A stretch of DNA of 64,000 nt from Nitrososphaeria archaeon. GTDB taxonomy: Archaea; Thermoproteota; Nitrososphaeria; JACIWG01. The notes beneath the pieces were generated by a model, which searched no databases, was not told where the DNA came from, and was given only the letters and a program-made list of their open reading frames with translations. Within the stretch, counting starts at the first letter, position 1. Each line of letters begins with the position of its first letter. Position numbers and translations under genes: made by a program. This document shows, one piece after another, positions 1 through 10,339 of this stretch. The DNA lies in the NCBI GenBank assembly GCA_050011875.1, contig JBEKIG010000016.1, positions 1-64,000 of the forward strand, written 5' to 3'.

Positions 1-117
1 CATCCAAATAATAGGATATAGCTGCAAAAATGTCCATAGAAAAAGAAAGATGTAGGCCAAATAGATTGGACTTCCCATGAGTTTCTTTTTAATACCTATA
101 GAATATCTATCACTCAA
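1..117 (-). CDS. Carbohydrate ABC transporter permease (MalG-type), 5' part; runs off window
   Basis: Hand translation from TTG at 117: MSDRYSIGIKKKLMGSPIYLAYIFLFLWTFLQLYPIIWM, a typical MalG first TM helix; directly follows the MalF-type gene. Confidence 0.8.
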   Translation of the reverse strand, partial: MSDRYSIGIKKKLMGSPIYLAYIFLFLWTFLQLYPIIWM

Positions 118-118
118 A

Positions 119-994
119 TTAAATCTCACCAAACCTCGAAAGCTTAAGAGAAGCTATTGCGATGGGAAATATTATTAAAATCATAAGAACAGCTATTGCT
201 GCAGAGTACCCGAAAACCGATCCTATAAAAGCTTCCTTGTATAGGTATACTGCCAAAACTTGAGTTGAAGTACCTGGTCCTCCTTCGGTCATTGTCCACA
301 CTGTATCAAAGACCTTAAAGGAAAATATCAATTGTAAAGTCAATGCAATTGCAAAGACATTTCTGATTAAAGGAAGTTTTATATGTCGAAAGATTTGCCA
401 TTCTGTAGCTCCTTCAACTAATGCTGCTTCTGATACTTCGACTGGTATCGTAGAAAAACCTGCGATAAATATAATCATTGGAAATCCAGCGTACTGCCAA
501 ATATCTTTTAGAATAATTGAATATATAACAATCTTGGCGTCTGAGAGCCAATAAATCACCGGTGCATGTAATTTAACTAGTCCATAAATAAAAGTCAATA
601 GAGGCTGGATTAATCCAACATTTGGGTTGTACATAGTAACAAAGAGTCTACCAGTGACTATTGCTGGTAGTAAAACTGAAAGGTAGAATATTGCTCTAAA
701 TGTATTCCACCCCCGTACTCTCATATCTAATAAACTTGCCAAAACAAGGCCCACTAGTACGGTGCCTAAGGTAGTAAGTATCATATATATAAGAGATAAT
801 TCAATAGCATTGATTATATCAGGGTCTATTAAAAGACGACCAAAATTAAATAATCCTATCCATCTGATAGGTACACCAAGAATACCATTCCAACTGGAAA
901 AGCTCAAATAAATAACCATCCCAATTGGTATTAACATAAACAGTATTACCAAAAAAAAAGCGGGTGCCAAGAATAGATAAGCCGTCTTGGCCAA
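119..994 (-). CDS. Carbohydrate ABC transporter permease (MalF/UgpA-type)
   Basis: Multiple TM helices, EAA motif EAALVEGA, FKVFDTVWTMTEGGPG. Confidence 0.92.
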   Translation of the reverse strand: MAKTAYLFLAPAFFLVILFMLIPIGMVIYLSFSSWNGILGVPIRWIGLFNFGRLLIDPDIINAIELSLIYMILTTLGTVLVGLVLASLLDMRVRGWNTFRAIFYLSVLLPAIVTGRLFVTMYNPNVGLIQPLLTFIYGLVKLHAPVIYWLSDAKIVIYSIILKDIWQYAGFPMIIFIAGFSTIPVEVSEAALVEGATEWQIFRHIKLPLIRNVFAIALTLQLIFSFKVFDTVWTMTEGGPGTSTQVLAVYLYKEAFIGSVFGYSAAIAVLMILIIFPIAIASLKLSRFGEI

Positions 995-1030
995 GGCTAA
1001 TCCTTGCTCTCCATTATTTACTATGAACTA

Positions 1031-2608
1031 CTATGTTGTAGTTGTAGTAACTGCACTAGCATAGACTGTCTCTGCAGTTTTTTCAAGATCAGCTGCTACC
1101 GCAGCTGCTGTCATTGAACCTGACATCAGTGAACCAACATCACTTATAAACTCGCTAGCAAGATCTGCATTGATCAACAGTTGTATGACCATGTGTGGGT
1201 CATATTTAGTGAATAAACTAGAATTAGTTACCATGTGTGGGTCTGTATATATCGATGAAGGTAGGTCATTCCGGCACGTGAAGGCTCCAGTATTGGCCAT
1301 AAGTGTTTGTTCAGCTTTACTTATAGCAAAATCCATGAATTCTAAGCAGATATCTGGATAATTGGTTTTAGCACAAATTGCCAGACAATTATCTACACTA
1401 GCTATAGCCGGAGGACTTATTACACTCCAGTCTGTCGGCATTATAAATGCGTCGAATGTAAAGCTCGTAACTAAGCTGTCTAAGGTGGATGGCCCCCAAG
1501 ATCCTGTCTGATACATTGCTGATTTACCTGAGGCGAAGAGACCTGATGCATCATCATCTGACATACCTAAAAAGCCTGCAGCATAGATTTTACTAGCGAT
1601 CTCTTGCTCGAGAGTGAATGCCTGTATAAATGTTGGGTCGGTCCAATGGACTGTTCTGCTTTTAAAGGAAGGATTTCCAACTGTGAGAGAATAGCCATAC
1701 GCGCTTAGGAAGTTATCATAGTCGGTTGCGTCTAATAGGTTAGCAAGTACGAAGGTGTAAAGATTGCAAGCCCACGCGGGTGCTGTATTGTATCCAAAGG
1801 TAACAGGAAGGTATCCGGCTGAAACGGCTTTACTGCAGATTGAGTAAAGTTCATCAATCGTAGTAGGTACGGAAACTCCAAGTTTGGTGAAAATTGTGGG
1901 ATTGTAGTATATGAATGGATATGCTACATAGTCTTGTGGCATACAATATGCATGGCCATTAGGTGAAGGAGAATTAGTTGTAGGATCAAAGAGATATTTT
2001 TCGTATCCGGGATCAAAACTCCATCCATATTTCTTGATAGCGTCGTCTAAGTTGTAAAGGTATCCAGCTTTCGCAAGGGGATATGTAAACCAGCTTCCGG
2101 GATAATGGAATGTAAAATCAGGAGGAGGGGCAGTTGCCATCCTAAGGTTATATGTAGCTTCGAATGTAGATTCATCACTTTGTTCAACGAGAATGGTTAC
2201 GTTTGGATGTGCTGCTTCGTTTTCAGCTGTACTCCCATTTTCAAAAAGACCTGCCTCACGTGTGAATGTAGTATATGTTGGACCCGATATACCCCATAGA
2301 GTTACTACCTCAGTCCCAGTTGTTAAAGTCGTTGCAGTAGTAGATGTGGTCGTAGATGTGACAGTTGTTGGAGCAGCAGTAGATGTGGTCGTAGATGTGA
2401 CAGTTGTTGGAGCAGCAGTAGATGTGGTCGTAGATGTGACAGTTGTTGGAGCAGCAGTAGATGTGGTCGTAGATGTGAGTGTGCTCGTAACTGTTGTGGC
2501 AGGCCTCGTTCCAAGATAAACCGCTGCACCAGCGACGATGATGACAGCAGCGCCGACACCTGCCCAGACGAACTTCCTTCTATCCATCTTCTTAGGTTCT
2601 TGACTCAT
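1031..2608 (-). CDS. ABC transporter sugar-binding protein with Tat-like signal and Thr-rich linker
   Basis: DRRKF twin-arginine-like signal plus hydrophobic stretch; SBP_bac_1 motifs (YYNPTIF, PTTIDEL, FASGKSAM..GSW); upstream of permeases. Confidence 0.9.
   Translation of the reverse strand: MSQEPKKMDRRKFVWAGVGAAVIIVAGAAVYLGTRPATTVTSTLTSTTTSTAAPTTVTSTTTSTAAPTTVTSTTTSTAAPTTVTSTTTSTTATTLTTGTEVVTLWGISGPTYTTFTREAGLFENGSTAENEAAHPNVTILVEQSDESTFEATYNLRMATAPPPDFTFHYPGSWFTYPLAKAGYLYNLDDAIKKYGWSFDPGYEKYLFDPTTNSPSPNGHAYCMPQDYVAYPFIYYNPTIFTKLGVSVPTTIDELYSICSKAVSAGYLPVTFGYNTAPAWACNLYTFVLANLLDATDYDNFLSAYGYSLTVGNPSFKSRTVHWTDPTFIQAFTLEQEIASKIYAAGFLGMSDDDASGLFASGKSAMYQTGSWGPSTLDSLVTSFTFDAFIMPTDWSVISPPAIASVDNCLAICAKTNYPDICLEFMDFAISKAEQTLMANTGAFTCRNDLPSSIYTDPHMVTNSSLFTKYDPHMVIQLLINADLASEFISDVGSLMSGSMTAAAVAADLEKTAETVYASAVTTTTT
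2340..2478. repeat. Perfect 39-bp tandem repeat, about 3.5 copies, encoding TSTTTSTAAPTTV
   Basis: GTAGATGTGGTCGTAGATGTGACAGTTGTTGGAGCAGCA at 2340, 2379, 2418 and partial at 2457. Confidence 0.95.
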
Positions 2609-2729
2609 GATGAATATAAAGAATCGTATCCTATTTAAACTTTTTTTTAAAATATTATAATTATTATTTGATTTTATTCCTAATATTTTTTAATAATATT
2701 TATATATATTAGAATGATGATAGATAGAT

Positions 2730-3584
2730 ATGATATACTTAATGGGAAGGAGAGAGGAAGTTAAAAAAATACTACAAATGTCTTTAGAAGAAGTTGTGAA
2801 AAAGAGTGGTAAGCACCTTATACTGCTAGAGAATATCCAAGCCCTTTATGAATATTATGCGAGATCTATTGCTGATGAAATCCAAGGGAATAATAAGTCT
2901 GAGAGAATAACAAAGCTCATTTTTCCTGTAGGGCCGACTGATCAATATCCTATTCTCAAAGATATTATCAATGATGAGAGAATAAGTCTTAAAAATTGTT
3001 GGTTTTTCTTCATGGATGAGTATTGCGATGATAATGGAATAGAACTTCCTGAAGAACATCCTCTTAGTTTCAAGGGAACCATGAAGAACTTATTTTTTGA
3101 TCACATTAAGCCAGAGCTATGTATTCCTAAAGAAAGAGTTATATTTCCGAACCATAAAAATTTATTTTCTTTAAAAGAAATCATTTCAAAACATGGAATC
3201 GATACCTGCTATGGTGGAATAGGTATACATGGGCACGTAGCATTTAACGAGCCTGAAACAAATATCTTGGAAACAGATCCTAGGATAGTGTACCTTAATG
3301 CGTACACTATAACTAGTAACACTTTGCATTTAAGAGTAGGTGGAAACATTATAAATTTTCCTCATAAAGCGCTAACGATAGGCATGAGGCAAATAATGAG
3401 TTCAAAAAGGATTAGGCTCATTAGTTTAAACGTAAGTCCTTTTGACTGGTCAACTACAGTTCTTCGAATAGCCTTATTAGGTAAGATTGGAGATGATTTT
3501 CCTGTAACATATATTCAAACACATGAAGATTGGAAAATTATATCCAACCAAGAAACTGCAGGCTGCCCAAAGTATATAATATAG
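2730..3584 (+). CDS. Glucosamine-6-phosphate deaminase/isomerase (NagB-like) family protein
   Basis: PVGPT, FFMDEY, HPLSF, GGIGIHGHVAFNEP, ALTIGM motifs. Confidence 0.85.
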   Translation: MIYLMGRREEVKKILQMSLEEVVKKSGKHLILLENIQALYEYYARSIADEIQGNNKSERITKLIFPVGPTDQYPILKDIINDERISLKNCWFFFMDEYCDDNGIELPEEHPLSFKGTMKNLFFDHIKPELCIPKERVIFPNHKNLFSLKEIISKHGIDTCYGGIGIHGHVAFNEPETNILETDPRIVYLNAYTITSNTLHLRVGGNIINFPHKALTIGMRQIMSSKRIRLISLNVSPFDWSTTVLRIALLGKIGDDFPVTYIQTHEDWKIISNQETAGCPKYII

Positions 3585-3643
3585 CGTAACAGAGTGGGGT
3601 ACTAACAGATACTTTTAATTGTTATAAAAAATTTTTATGCGTA

Positions 3644-4216
3644 TTAAAAACTGAGTGTACTGCTAAGTTCTTGTGTGTTAAACTGATATACATTAATGTC
3701 ATAATTCAACCACGAATCCGCAGCGAGCCCAGCTCTTAAACAGCATTCTGAAAGATAATCATCAACGTTCCACCTCTTTTCTAAAGCGAATCGTGGAAGA
3801 ACAAGTCCCTTATAAAATCCGCGTTCAATAAAAAGGCCTTTGTGTACATCAACGATTTTTAGGTAATCTAGTTTACGCTCAACCTTTACAGAGTATAAAG
3901 GTGATAAAATGTCTACAAAGATAGTGTATTTATTTGCTCCTGAAAATTCTAAGCCCGAATTGGAAAGAGTTCTTATAGCAACATTGCAGGCAGCTTCAAA
4001 AGCAGATTCAATAAGTGGTTTGTCGGAAAAAGGGTATCCTGATGATATAGTAATGTCTCCTTTATTCATTGATACATATATACCACCGGAATGTGACAGT
4101 TCTGTGGGAAACTTAATATCTTGTTCTAACCATTTTCTTTGTACTATGATACTTTGAATGTATAAAATTATAGTCTCTAGCAATAACTCACCATTTTCTT
4201 GTGAAACACTCCACAT
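3644..4216 (-). CDS. AMMECR1-domain protein, degenerate
   Basis: C-terminal GLFIERGFYKGLVLP...W...LSECCLRAGL..DSW matches AMMECR1; LRGCIG and DPRF motifs absent. Confidence 0.75.
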   Translation of the reverse strand: MWSVSQENGELLLETIILYIQSIIVQRKWLEQDIKFPTELSHSGGIYVSMNKGDITISSGYPFSDKPLIESAFEAACNVAIRTLSNSGLEFSGANKYTIFVDILSPLYSVKVERKLDYLKIVDVHKGLFIERGFYKGLVLPRFALEKRWNVDDYLSECCLRAGLAADSWLNYDINVYQFNTQELSSTLSF

Positions 4217-4445
4217 CTAATATCTACTCCAAACTAATGAGATAACTTTTTAAAGTTTACGATGATTCGGCGGAATATTATTTTACCTAATAATAAAAAT
4301 CCACATCTTTTATGTAGCCTATTTACATTCTCCTTGTTATTGGATTATAACTAACTACTCAAGTTTGCAACTTTATAAATCAAGAAAATTTAGGAGATTA
4401 AATATTTATATCAAATCAACATCTGGAGCAAATAGTGTATTAAAT

Positions 4446-6194
4446 TTGAAGCTTGACATACTCTTTTTGCATCCGCCCTCCAAATATGATTTTAGGAAGA
4501 AGGCTATTTTTAGTGGCCCAATTGCAGAAACAGTTCCCCATAGTACCAATCAATTCATAATGTTTCCAGTTGGTTTGCTTAGCATAGCAGAATATCTTGA
4601 AAGAAATGGCTACAAGGCGAGAGTGATAAACTTGGCTGAAGCTATGATAAATAACTCAGATCTAAATGTTGAGACTTATCTTAGGGAGTTAAAGGCTTCA
4701 GTATATGCTATAGATTTACATTGGTTAGTACATTCACAGGGCTCAATTGAAATATCACGTTTATGCAAAAAAGTTCATCCAAATTCTATAATTGTTCTTG
4801 GAGGGTTAACAGCAACTCGATTTTCTACAGAAATTCTTAGAGAATTTGACTTCATTGACATTATAGTGCGAGGTGAAAGTGAAAGACCAATGTTAAGTTT
4901 TATGAGAGAACTTGAAGGTTCAAAAAACTTTGATAACGTACCAAATCTGACTTATCGAACTAAATCGGGTGCAATAAAGACCAATGAACTCGAAAAGCCG
5001 CCTGAAGATCTTGATTTATTTGACTTTACAAGACTTGACCTTGTTATACCAAACGAACGTACAATCAATTGGGGTTATCCACCCCAAAGAACTTGGAATA
5101 TCCCAATTTGTAGAGGATGTATCTATAACTGTATTACGTGTGGTGGTTCATCTTATAGTTATAGAACATTTTTCGGCAGAGAAAAACCTGCATTTAGGAG
5201 TCCGAAGAAGATTGTAGAGGATATTGTAAAGTTAAGCGAACAGAAAATAAAATTGGTTTTTGCCTTCCAAGATCCGAGAATGGGAGGAACTGAATATCAA
5301 AGGAATCTGATTGAAGCATTAAAAATGGAATCTCTAGACACTCACATCGCGATGGACCTTTTCACTCCTACCGATGATGCATATCTCCAAGACTTAAAAG
5401 AGACTAAAGTGGATATAGAATTAACGTTTTCAGTAGAATCAGGTGTTGATCATGTTAGATATGCTCAAGGTCGAGATTATTCAAATAATGAAATCATAGA
5501 TACATTAAAGAATTGCCGAAAAAGAGGAATTCGACTTCAGCTATTCTTTATGATCGGTCTTGCAGAAGATAATTGGCAAACACTATCTGAAACGTTCAAG
5601 TTTTGCGAAAAAGTCTATCAAATGGACAGAGAAATGCGCAAAGGATACCAAGAGAACAATGTCCAAGTTCCTCTATGGTTTAACCCTGTCCTAGGCCCAA
5701 TGGTACTGCTAGATCCTGGCTCACTAGCATTCGATTTTCCTAACAAGTATGGTTATAATGTCTTCTATAGAAGTTTCATGGAAATTTATTCTTCTATGTC
5801 GATGCCTTCTTGGCATCAATGGTTGAATTATGAAACTAAATATTTAACAAAAGCAAAAATAATACAAGCTATCCTTTTAGGACTTAATATTAATTTGACA
5901 CTACGTGAAAAGTACGCAGTCATTCGTGGAGAGATCGAAAATCCATCATATAGAGCGTATTTGAATGCTAAACGATTTGACTTGTCTGCAAATTATATCC
6001 TAAATGATGAAATTGACAAAATACTTCAACTTGAAAACGTCGAAGAAAGAGAAAGAAGATTAAAGGCTCTTGAAGAAAGCTTTAGAGATTACAGTAATAA
6101 ACCATGGACAAGAGAAACCTCTGATACATTTGGTTATAGACATAAATTCAGTGAATTAGTTCATAAAACGATTGGTCTTCTCACTGGTAATTGA
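4446..6194 (+). CDS. Cobalamin-binding radical SAM protein
   Basis: N-terminal B12-binding domain (PVGLLSIAEYL, DLHW, LGGLTAT, RGESE); CxxxCxxC in RGCIYNCITC; likely start TTG 4446 rather than 4365. Confidence 0.9.
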   Translation: MKLDILFLHPPSKYDFRKKAIFSGPIAETVPHSTNQFIMFPVGLLSIAEYLERNGYKARVINLAEAMINNSDLNVETYLRELKASVYAIDLHWLVHSQGSIEISRLCKKVHPNSIIVLGGLTATRFSTEILREFDFIDIIVRGESERPMLSFMRELEGSKNFDNVPNLTYRTKSGAIKTNELEKPPEDLDLFDFTRLDLVIPNERTINWGYPPQRTWNIPICRGCIYNCITCGGSSYSYRTFFGREKPAFRSPKKIVEDIVKLSEQKIKLVFAFQDPRMGGTEYQRNLIEALKMESLDTHIAMDLFTPTDDAYLQDLKETKVDIELTFSVESGVDHVRYAQGRDYSNNEIIDTLKNCRKRGIRLQLFFMIGLAEDNWQTLSETFKFCEKVYQMDREMRKGYQENNVQVPLWFNPVLGPMVLLDPGSLAFDFPNKYGYNVFYRSFMEIYSSMSMPSWHQWLNYETKYLTKAKIIQAILLGLNINLTLREKYAVIRGEIENPSYRAYLNAKRFDLSANYILNDEIDKILQLENVEERERRLKALEESFRDYSNKPWTRETSDTFGYRHKFSELVHKTIGLLTGN

Positions 6195-6551
6195 GATAAA
6201 TATATAAATTTTAATTCTTACTCTGAAGGAAGAGGGGTTTGAGGAGATGATTATTTTAAGCAGACTTCTGAGAATCAACTTTTTTATGCATAAAACATAT
6301 CATCTATCAGTTTCTTTGCTTTATTTGACCTTGCATACCCGTTCATCAAAAAAGCACGCTATAACAGGTTCTTGTATTCTGTAACAACTGCTTTTACTAA
6401 AGTTTCGAACTCAGCGATATGATGATTTGAAACTTGTCAATATCCTTTGAAAGTAAGCCAATAAACAGCTTAATCCGCTCGAAAATAGAGGCAGTTTCTT
6501 TCATATATAAATCTAAAACTATCCTTTTATTTATTTTACAATTATTAAATT

Positions 6552-7229
6552 CTATACTATCTTCGGAAGTTCACTTAGAGAGCTTAGAATGTGTGTCGCT
6601 AACGTTCTCTTTTCTTCAACCTTATATTTTGCTGCACCTCTTAAGACTAATGCAGAATTAACACCCAGTTCATTAGCAGAATTGATTTCACTTGCTATAC
6701 CAGATACAAGAAGCAGGTTTTTTTTGTCCACATAAATCTGTTCTATAATATGCCCTAAAAATCCTTTCGAAAAACCGCTCATGACATCTGTTCTCTCTTC
6801 AATGAAAACGTTATGAAATAGGTGACTTAGTTGAAGAGCTAATATTTTTTGCCATTGTTTAACTGATGGACCCGACGTTATTAAGTATAGTTTAGAACCT
6901 TTATCTCTTAAGCTAATTAAAGTTTCAAAAACATCTGGATAGGGTTTAAGGTATACGTTGCTTGCTTCCCTGTAAGCTAATACGCCGGCTGCAACTATTT
7001 TTGGGGTGAATTTCACTCCAAGTCTTTCTGATAAGACGTCAAAGTGACGCGGATAATGTACCCCATATTCCTTAACTATATCTTCCAGCATCATATAGGT
7101 CGACTCCTCATTTAAAGGAAGACCTTCCGCAATCATTGCCTTAATGGCATTCATTCGAGCCATCGACAATTGTAACTCAGTATCATAGAGCGTATTTTGC
7201 AGACCGAAGAAGAAATGGTCAACTTTCAT
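6552..7229 (-). CDS. HAD-superfamily (TIGR02253-like) protein with substituted catalytic residues
   Basis: Cap and core resemble archaeal TIGR02253 HADs (ARMNAIKAMI..GL, LKPYPDV..TL..LR, KQWQKI); motif I reads FGLQNTL. Confidence 0.75.
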   Translation of the reverse strand: MKVDHFFFGLQNTLYDTELQLSMARMNAIKAMIAEGLPLNEESTYMMLEDIVKEYGVHYPRHFDVLSERLGVKFTPKIVAAGVLAYREASNVYLKPYPDVFETLISLRDKGSKLYLITSGPSVKQWQKILALQLSHLFHNVFIEERTDVMSGFSKGFLGHIIEQIYVDKKNLLLVSGIASEINSANELGVNSALVLRGAAKYKVEEKRTLATHILSSLSELPKIV

Positions 7230-8266
7230 TTTACCACCTTGCTTAACTTTTCTGGAGCGTCAGGGTTTAAACCTTTTGATAGTGCTATAAAATATGCCAG
7301 CGTTTGAAAGACTGGAGCGAAGACGATTGGGGATATCTCGTAGGGTACCTCGATGTTGATCTGATCGTCAATTTGAACATCCATGAATTTGTCGCTAACT
7401 AGGAACACCTTTCCTCCAAAGTTCTTGACTTTGTTCATCACATCTATGTAGAGCATTTCGTCCAACTTTGAATGCCCTAATATTAGTGTCAGACTCTTTT
7501 CTCCTGCCAACTGAATTGGTCCGTGAAGGAATTCTCTTAGAGCAAAACCCTCAGATGGAGTCGTGCATGTCTCCTTAATTTTTAGAGACCCTTCGATCGT
7601 CGACGGATAAAGAACACCTGATCCAAGTACGAAAGCTCTGTTGATGTTTCCAATTTTCTCAACAAAGCTTTTAATTCTATCAATATTTTTTTCGATAACT
7701 TGCTTAACAAGTATATGAGTATTTTGAAGATCACTCATTAAAGAACGATAGAAATCATTTGAGATTTTTTCCATTAAAAAAGACAAGTTCGTAGATAACA
7801 TCAGTAGGGCAAGAACCTGTGTTACATAGGTCTTAGTAGCAGCTAAAGCACGCTCTTCACCAGCATAAGTGAATATAACGTCGTCTACAATTTTTGTCAG
7901 CTGACTTTCTGGCTTGTTAGTGACACCTACTTTATGGAACTTTAATTCTGACACCCTTTTCACAGCATTTATTATGTCAGTGCTTTCGCCTGATTGGCTA
8001 ATAGCTATGAGCACTGTAGGAAGGACATGATCTGAAATCCACGTTGGCAGTTCTGAAGCGAACATCGCTGTAGGATAAACGCCAGTTAATTGAAATAAAG
8101 AGTATTGAAATGATAGACCAGCATGAAAGCTTGTTCCAGATCCTGTTACATATAAATTACCTTTATAATTCTTCAGAATATTATCTGATATTACCTTCAT
8201 TTTTTTCTTGTTTTTTTCGTAAGTTTTGGCTAGGGCATCTGGCTCTTCCAGTATTTCCTTTAACAT
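7226..8266 (-). CDS. Double SIS-domain protein (GlmS isomerase-domain/GlmD-like sugar-phosphate deaminase or isomerase)
   Basis: MLKEILEEP, GSGTSFHA, SQSGES.D, AATKTY, SLKIKE, EFLHGP, GLNPDAPEKLSKVV; no glutaminase domain. Confidence 0.9.
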   Translation of the reverse strand: MLKEILEEPDALAKTYEKNKKKMKVISDNILKNYKGNLYVTGSGTSFHAGLSFQYSLFQLTGVYPTAMFASELPTWISDHVLPTVLIAISQSGESTDIINAVKRVSELKFHKVGVTNKPESQLTKIVDDVIFTYAGEERALAATKTYVTQVLALLMLSTNLSFLMEKISNDFYRSLMSDLQNTHILVKQVIEKNIDRIKSFVEKIGNINRAFVLGSGVLYPSTIEGSLKIKETCTTPSEGFALREFLHGPIQLAGEKSLTLILGHSKLDEMLYIDVMNKVKNFGGKVFLVSDKFMDVQIDDQINIEVPYEISPIVFAPVFQTLAYFIALSKGLNPDAPEKLSKVVK

Positions 8267-8679
8267 GTTATGTTGAAATTCTCTTATTATCGTTTCTTTT
8301 CTATCTCCTCTTTTTTCTTGTTCGGTTGTCGTATTTCTAATTTTTGCCTAAAGCATATTATATTAACATGTTATGTAAATAAATCTTTAATTTAAATAAT
8401 ATGATGCTTTAAAAAAGAAAAGATTGTTTAAGTGCTCACTACTAAAAACAAAACGGGGAATGGAATAAGCAGACTTCACGCGAGAAATTTCCTTCACTAA
8501 AACAATAACAATCAACTTGCAGTCATAAGTGGCATAAATGATGGTTTTGAAATTCTATAACAAATGGAGGGGGTAAACAACTTTCTTATAGATCTTTACA
8601 AAAATCCTGATTTGATAAAAAAATTACTGAATCATCGGTCAAATATCCTTATAAATAAAAAATATTTTATTTTTATAGA

Positions 8680-9732
8680 TCATGCAAAATCCTTCCAGTG
8701 TTCTGCATTTGCTTCGATCACTCTATACGCATTCTTATAAGAAAGCATGTCAATATCATCCTCTTTCATCCCTTGCTCAATAAGAATCCTCCAGAGATTT
8801 TCGAGTTTAGAAATGTCTTCGATTCCACGTGGAGCAGTGATATCTATAAGACCAAAGTAGTCGCTCCCTATAGCCAAGATATCTGGTCCAAAGTTGTTGT
8901 ACACATACATTATATGTTTTGCAAGTTGATTAACATCTTCAGTTCCACCAATCATTGGTTTACCAAAGATAAACCCCATTACACCTCCATTTTTGTGTAA
9001 GGTTTCAAGAATCTCGTCATCTAGGTTTCTTACGCTATTGTATATTGACATAGCAGCGGTATGGCTTACAACAATAGGTTCTTTTGAGACTTGAAGAACA
9101 TCCACGCAGGTATTCTTACTACTATGTGCCAAGTCTGGAATTATACCAAAATCATTCATTTCATGTAACAAATCTTCTCCCTCACCAGTAAGTCCATAAT
9201 CCTTCCTAGATGTACAGCAAGCAGCATACCTGTTATCGAAGTTCCAAGTGAATCCTATTGCTCTTATTCCTATATTATATAGAATCTTAATATCTTCCAC
9301 ATCTTCTACTGCATCAGCTCCTTCTAAAGAAATTAGGATGCTGGTTCCATTCTTTTTAATAGCATCATCCAAATCCCTCTTCCTTCTAACTATGTACAAG
9401 TCTTGAGGGTAACTGTTACAGAGATTATAATATACTTTCACATGTTCAAGAAGGGCTGAAGACGATGATCTTGGCGAATATGCCCTACTATATTCTAAGG
9501 GAAAGCTATATTCGTTACTTAATTGCTTGCTGACTCTAGGATTAAAGGTATAGGTTATGGGCGACGAAGAACCGAATACTACTTTCACATTTCCCTTTTT
9601 GAACTTAGGAATATCGGCATGTCTTCCAGGCATATCAAAGCTAAACTGCGATAGATCAAATCCCAAACCACTTGCTCCTGTAATATAATAAAATGAGATA
9701 TCCTCATGCAAATCAATTACTGGCCGAGGCAT
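8680..9732 (-). CDS. Membrane dipeptidase (peptidase M19)
   Basis: DLHED, SLEGA, TWN, DLAH, SHT, RNLDD, IGSDY motifs. Confidence 0.9.
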   Translation of the reverse strand: MPRPVIDLHEDISFYYITGASGLGFDLSQFSFDMPGRHADIPKFKKGNVKVVFGSSSPITYTFNPRVSKQLSNEYSFPLEYSRAYSPRSSSSALLEHVKVYYNLCNSYPQDLYIVRRKRDLDDAIKKNGTSILISLEGADAVEDVEDIKILYNIGIRAIGFTWNFDNRYAACCTSRKDYGLTGEGEDLLHEMNDFGIIPDLAHSSKNTCVDVLQVSKEPIVVSHTAAMSIYNSVRNLDDEILETLHKNGGVMGFIFGKPMIGGTEDVNQLAKHIMYVYNNFGPDILAIGSDYFGLIDITAPRGIEDISKLENLWRILIEQGMKEDDIDMLSYKNAYRVIEANAEHWKDFA

Positions 9733-9862
9733 TTAAACGTCGGGTATATCTCTTACTGCTTATATTTTAATGTATCTAAAAAATAAAATAATGTAACATA
9801 AACAATACAATAAATAACTTATCTTTCATTTAATTTTGTATCCGTCTTTGATTTAATTCTTC

Positions 9863-10290
9863 TTATCCTTTTAGAGAACCTGCTAATCACCTTTAACTAT
9901 TTGTTTTTGGAATATTATATAAAAGATTATTAGTGGTATAACAGATATTATAAGTCAAGCAAACATATAATCATATCGGCTGTGGTATTGTCCCACATAT
10001 CTCATCAAGCCCGGACCCAGTGTCTTCGTACGATTCACCTGCATTATAACGGGTGCGAATACAAGTTCATTCCAGATCCCTGGGAAGTTTACGATAGCTA
10101 ACAGTGCTAGAAGGTTTCCTGAAAGCGGAAAAATTATCCTTCTAAAAGTGGACGCTCCACTGAATCCATCAATTTTTGCCGAGTCTTCAAGCTCATGTGG
10201 AAAGGATATGAAAAATGAGCGTGCTATAACTATCTAGAAAGGTAGATTGTATCCTACGCACGTTAAAATGGGAATCGTGGACCATAAGAT
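9863..10290 (-). pseudogene. 3' half of a MalG-type sugar ABC permease with in-frame stops and a terminal frameshift
   Basis: Hand translation YNLPF*IVIARSFFISFPHELEDSAKIDG..FRRIIFPL..IWNELVFA..YDYMFA*LIISVIPLIIFYIIFQKQIVKG/LAGSLKG*. Confidence 0.85.
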
Positions 10291-10339
10291 TATTTAATTT
10301 AGTTAAAGAAATAAAAGGAGAAATTTAGATATTTATTTT

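Noticed and set aside
2193-2559. Repetitive ORFs 2193..2519(+) and 2323..2559(-)
   Set aside because: Shadow frames of the 39-bp repeat inside the SBP gene.
8553-8574. ORB-like string TTCTATAACAAATGGAGGGGGT
   Set aside because: Single degenerate copy, no inverted partner and no cdc6/orc1 gene in the window.
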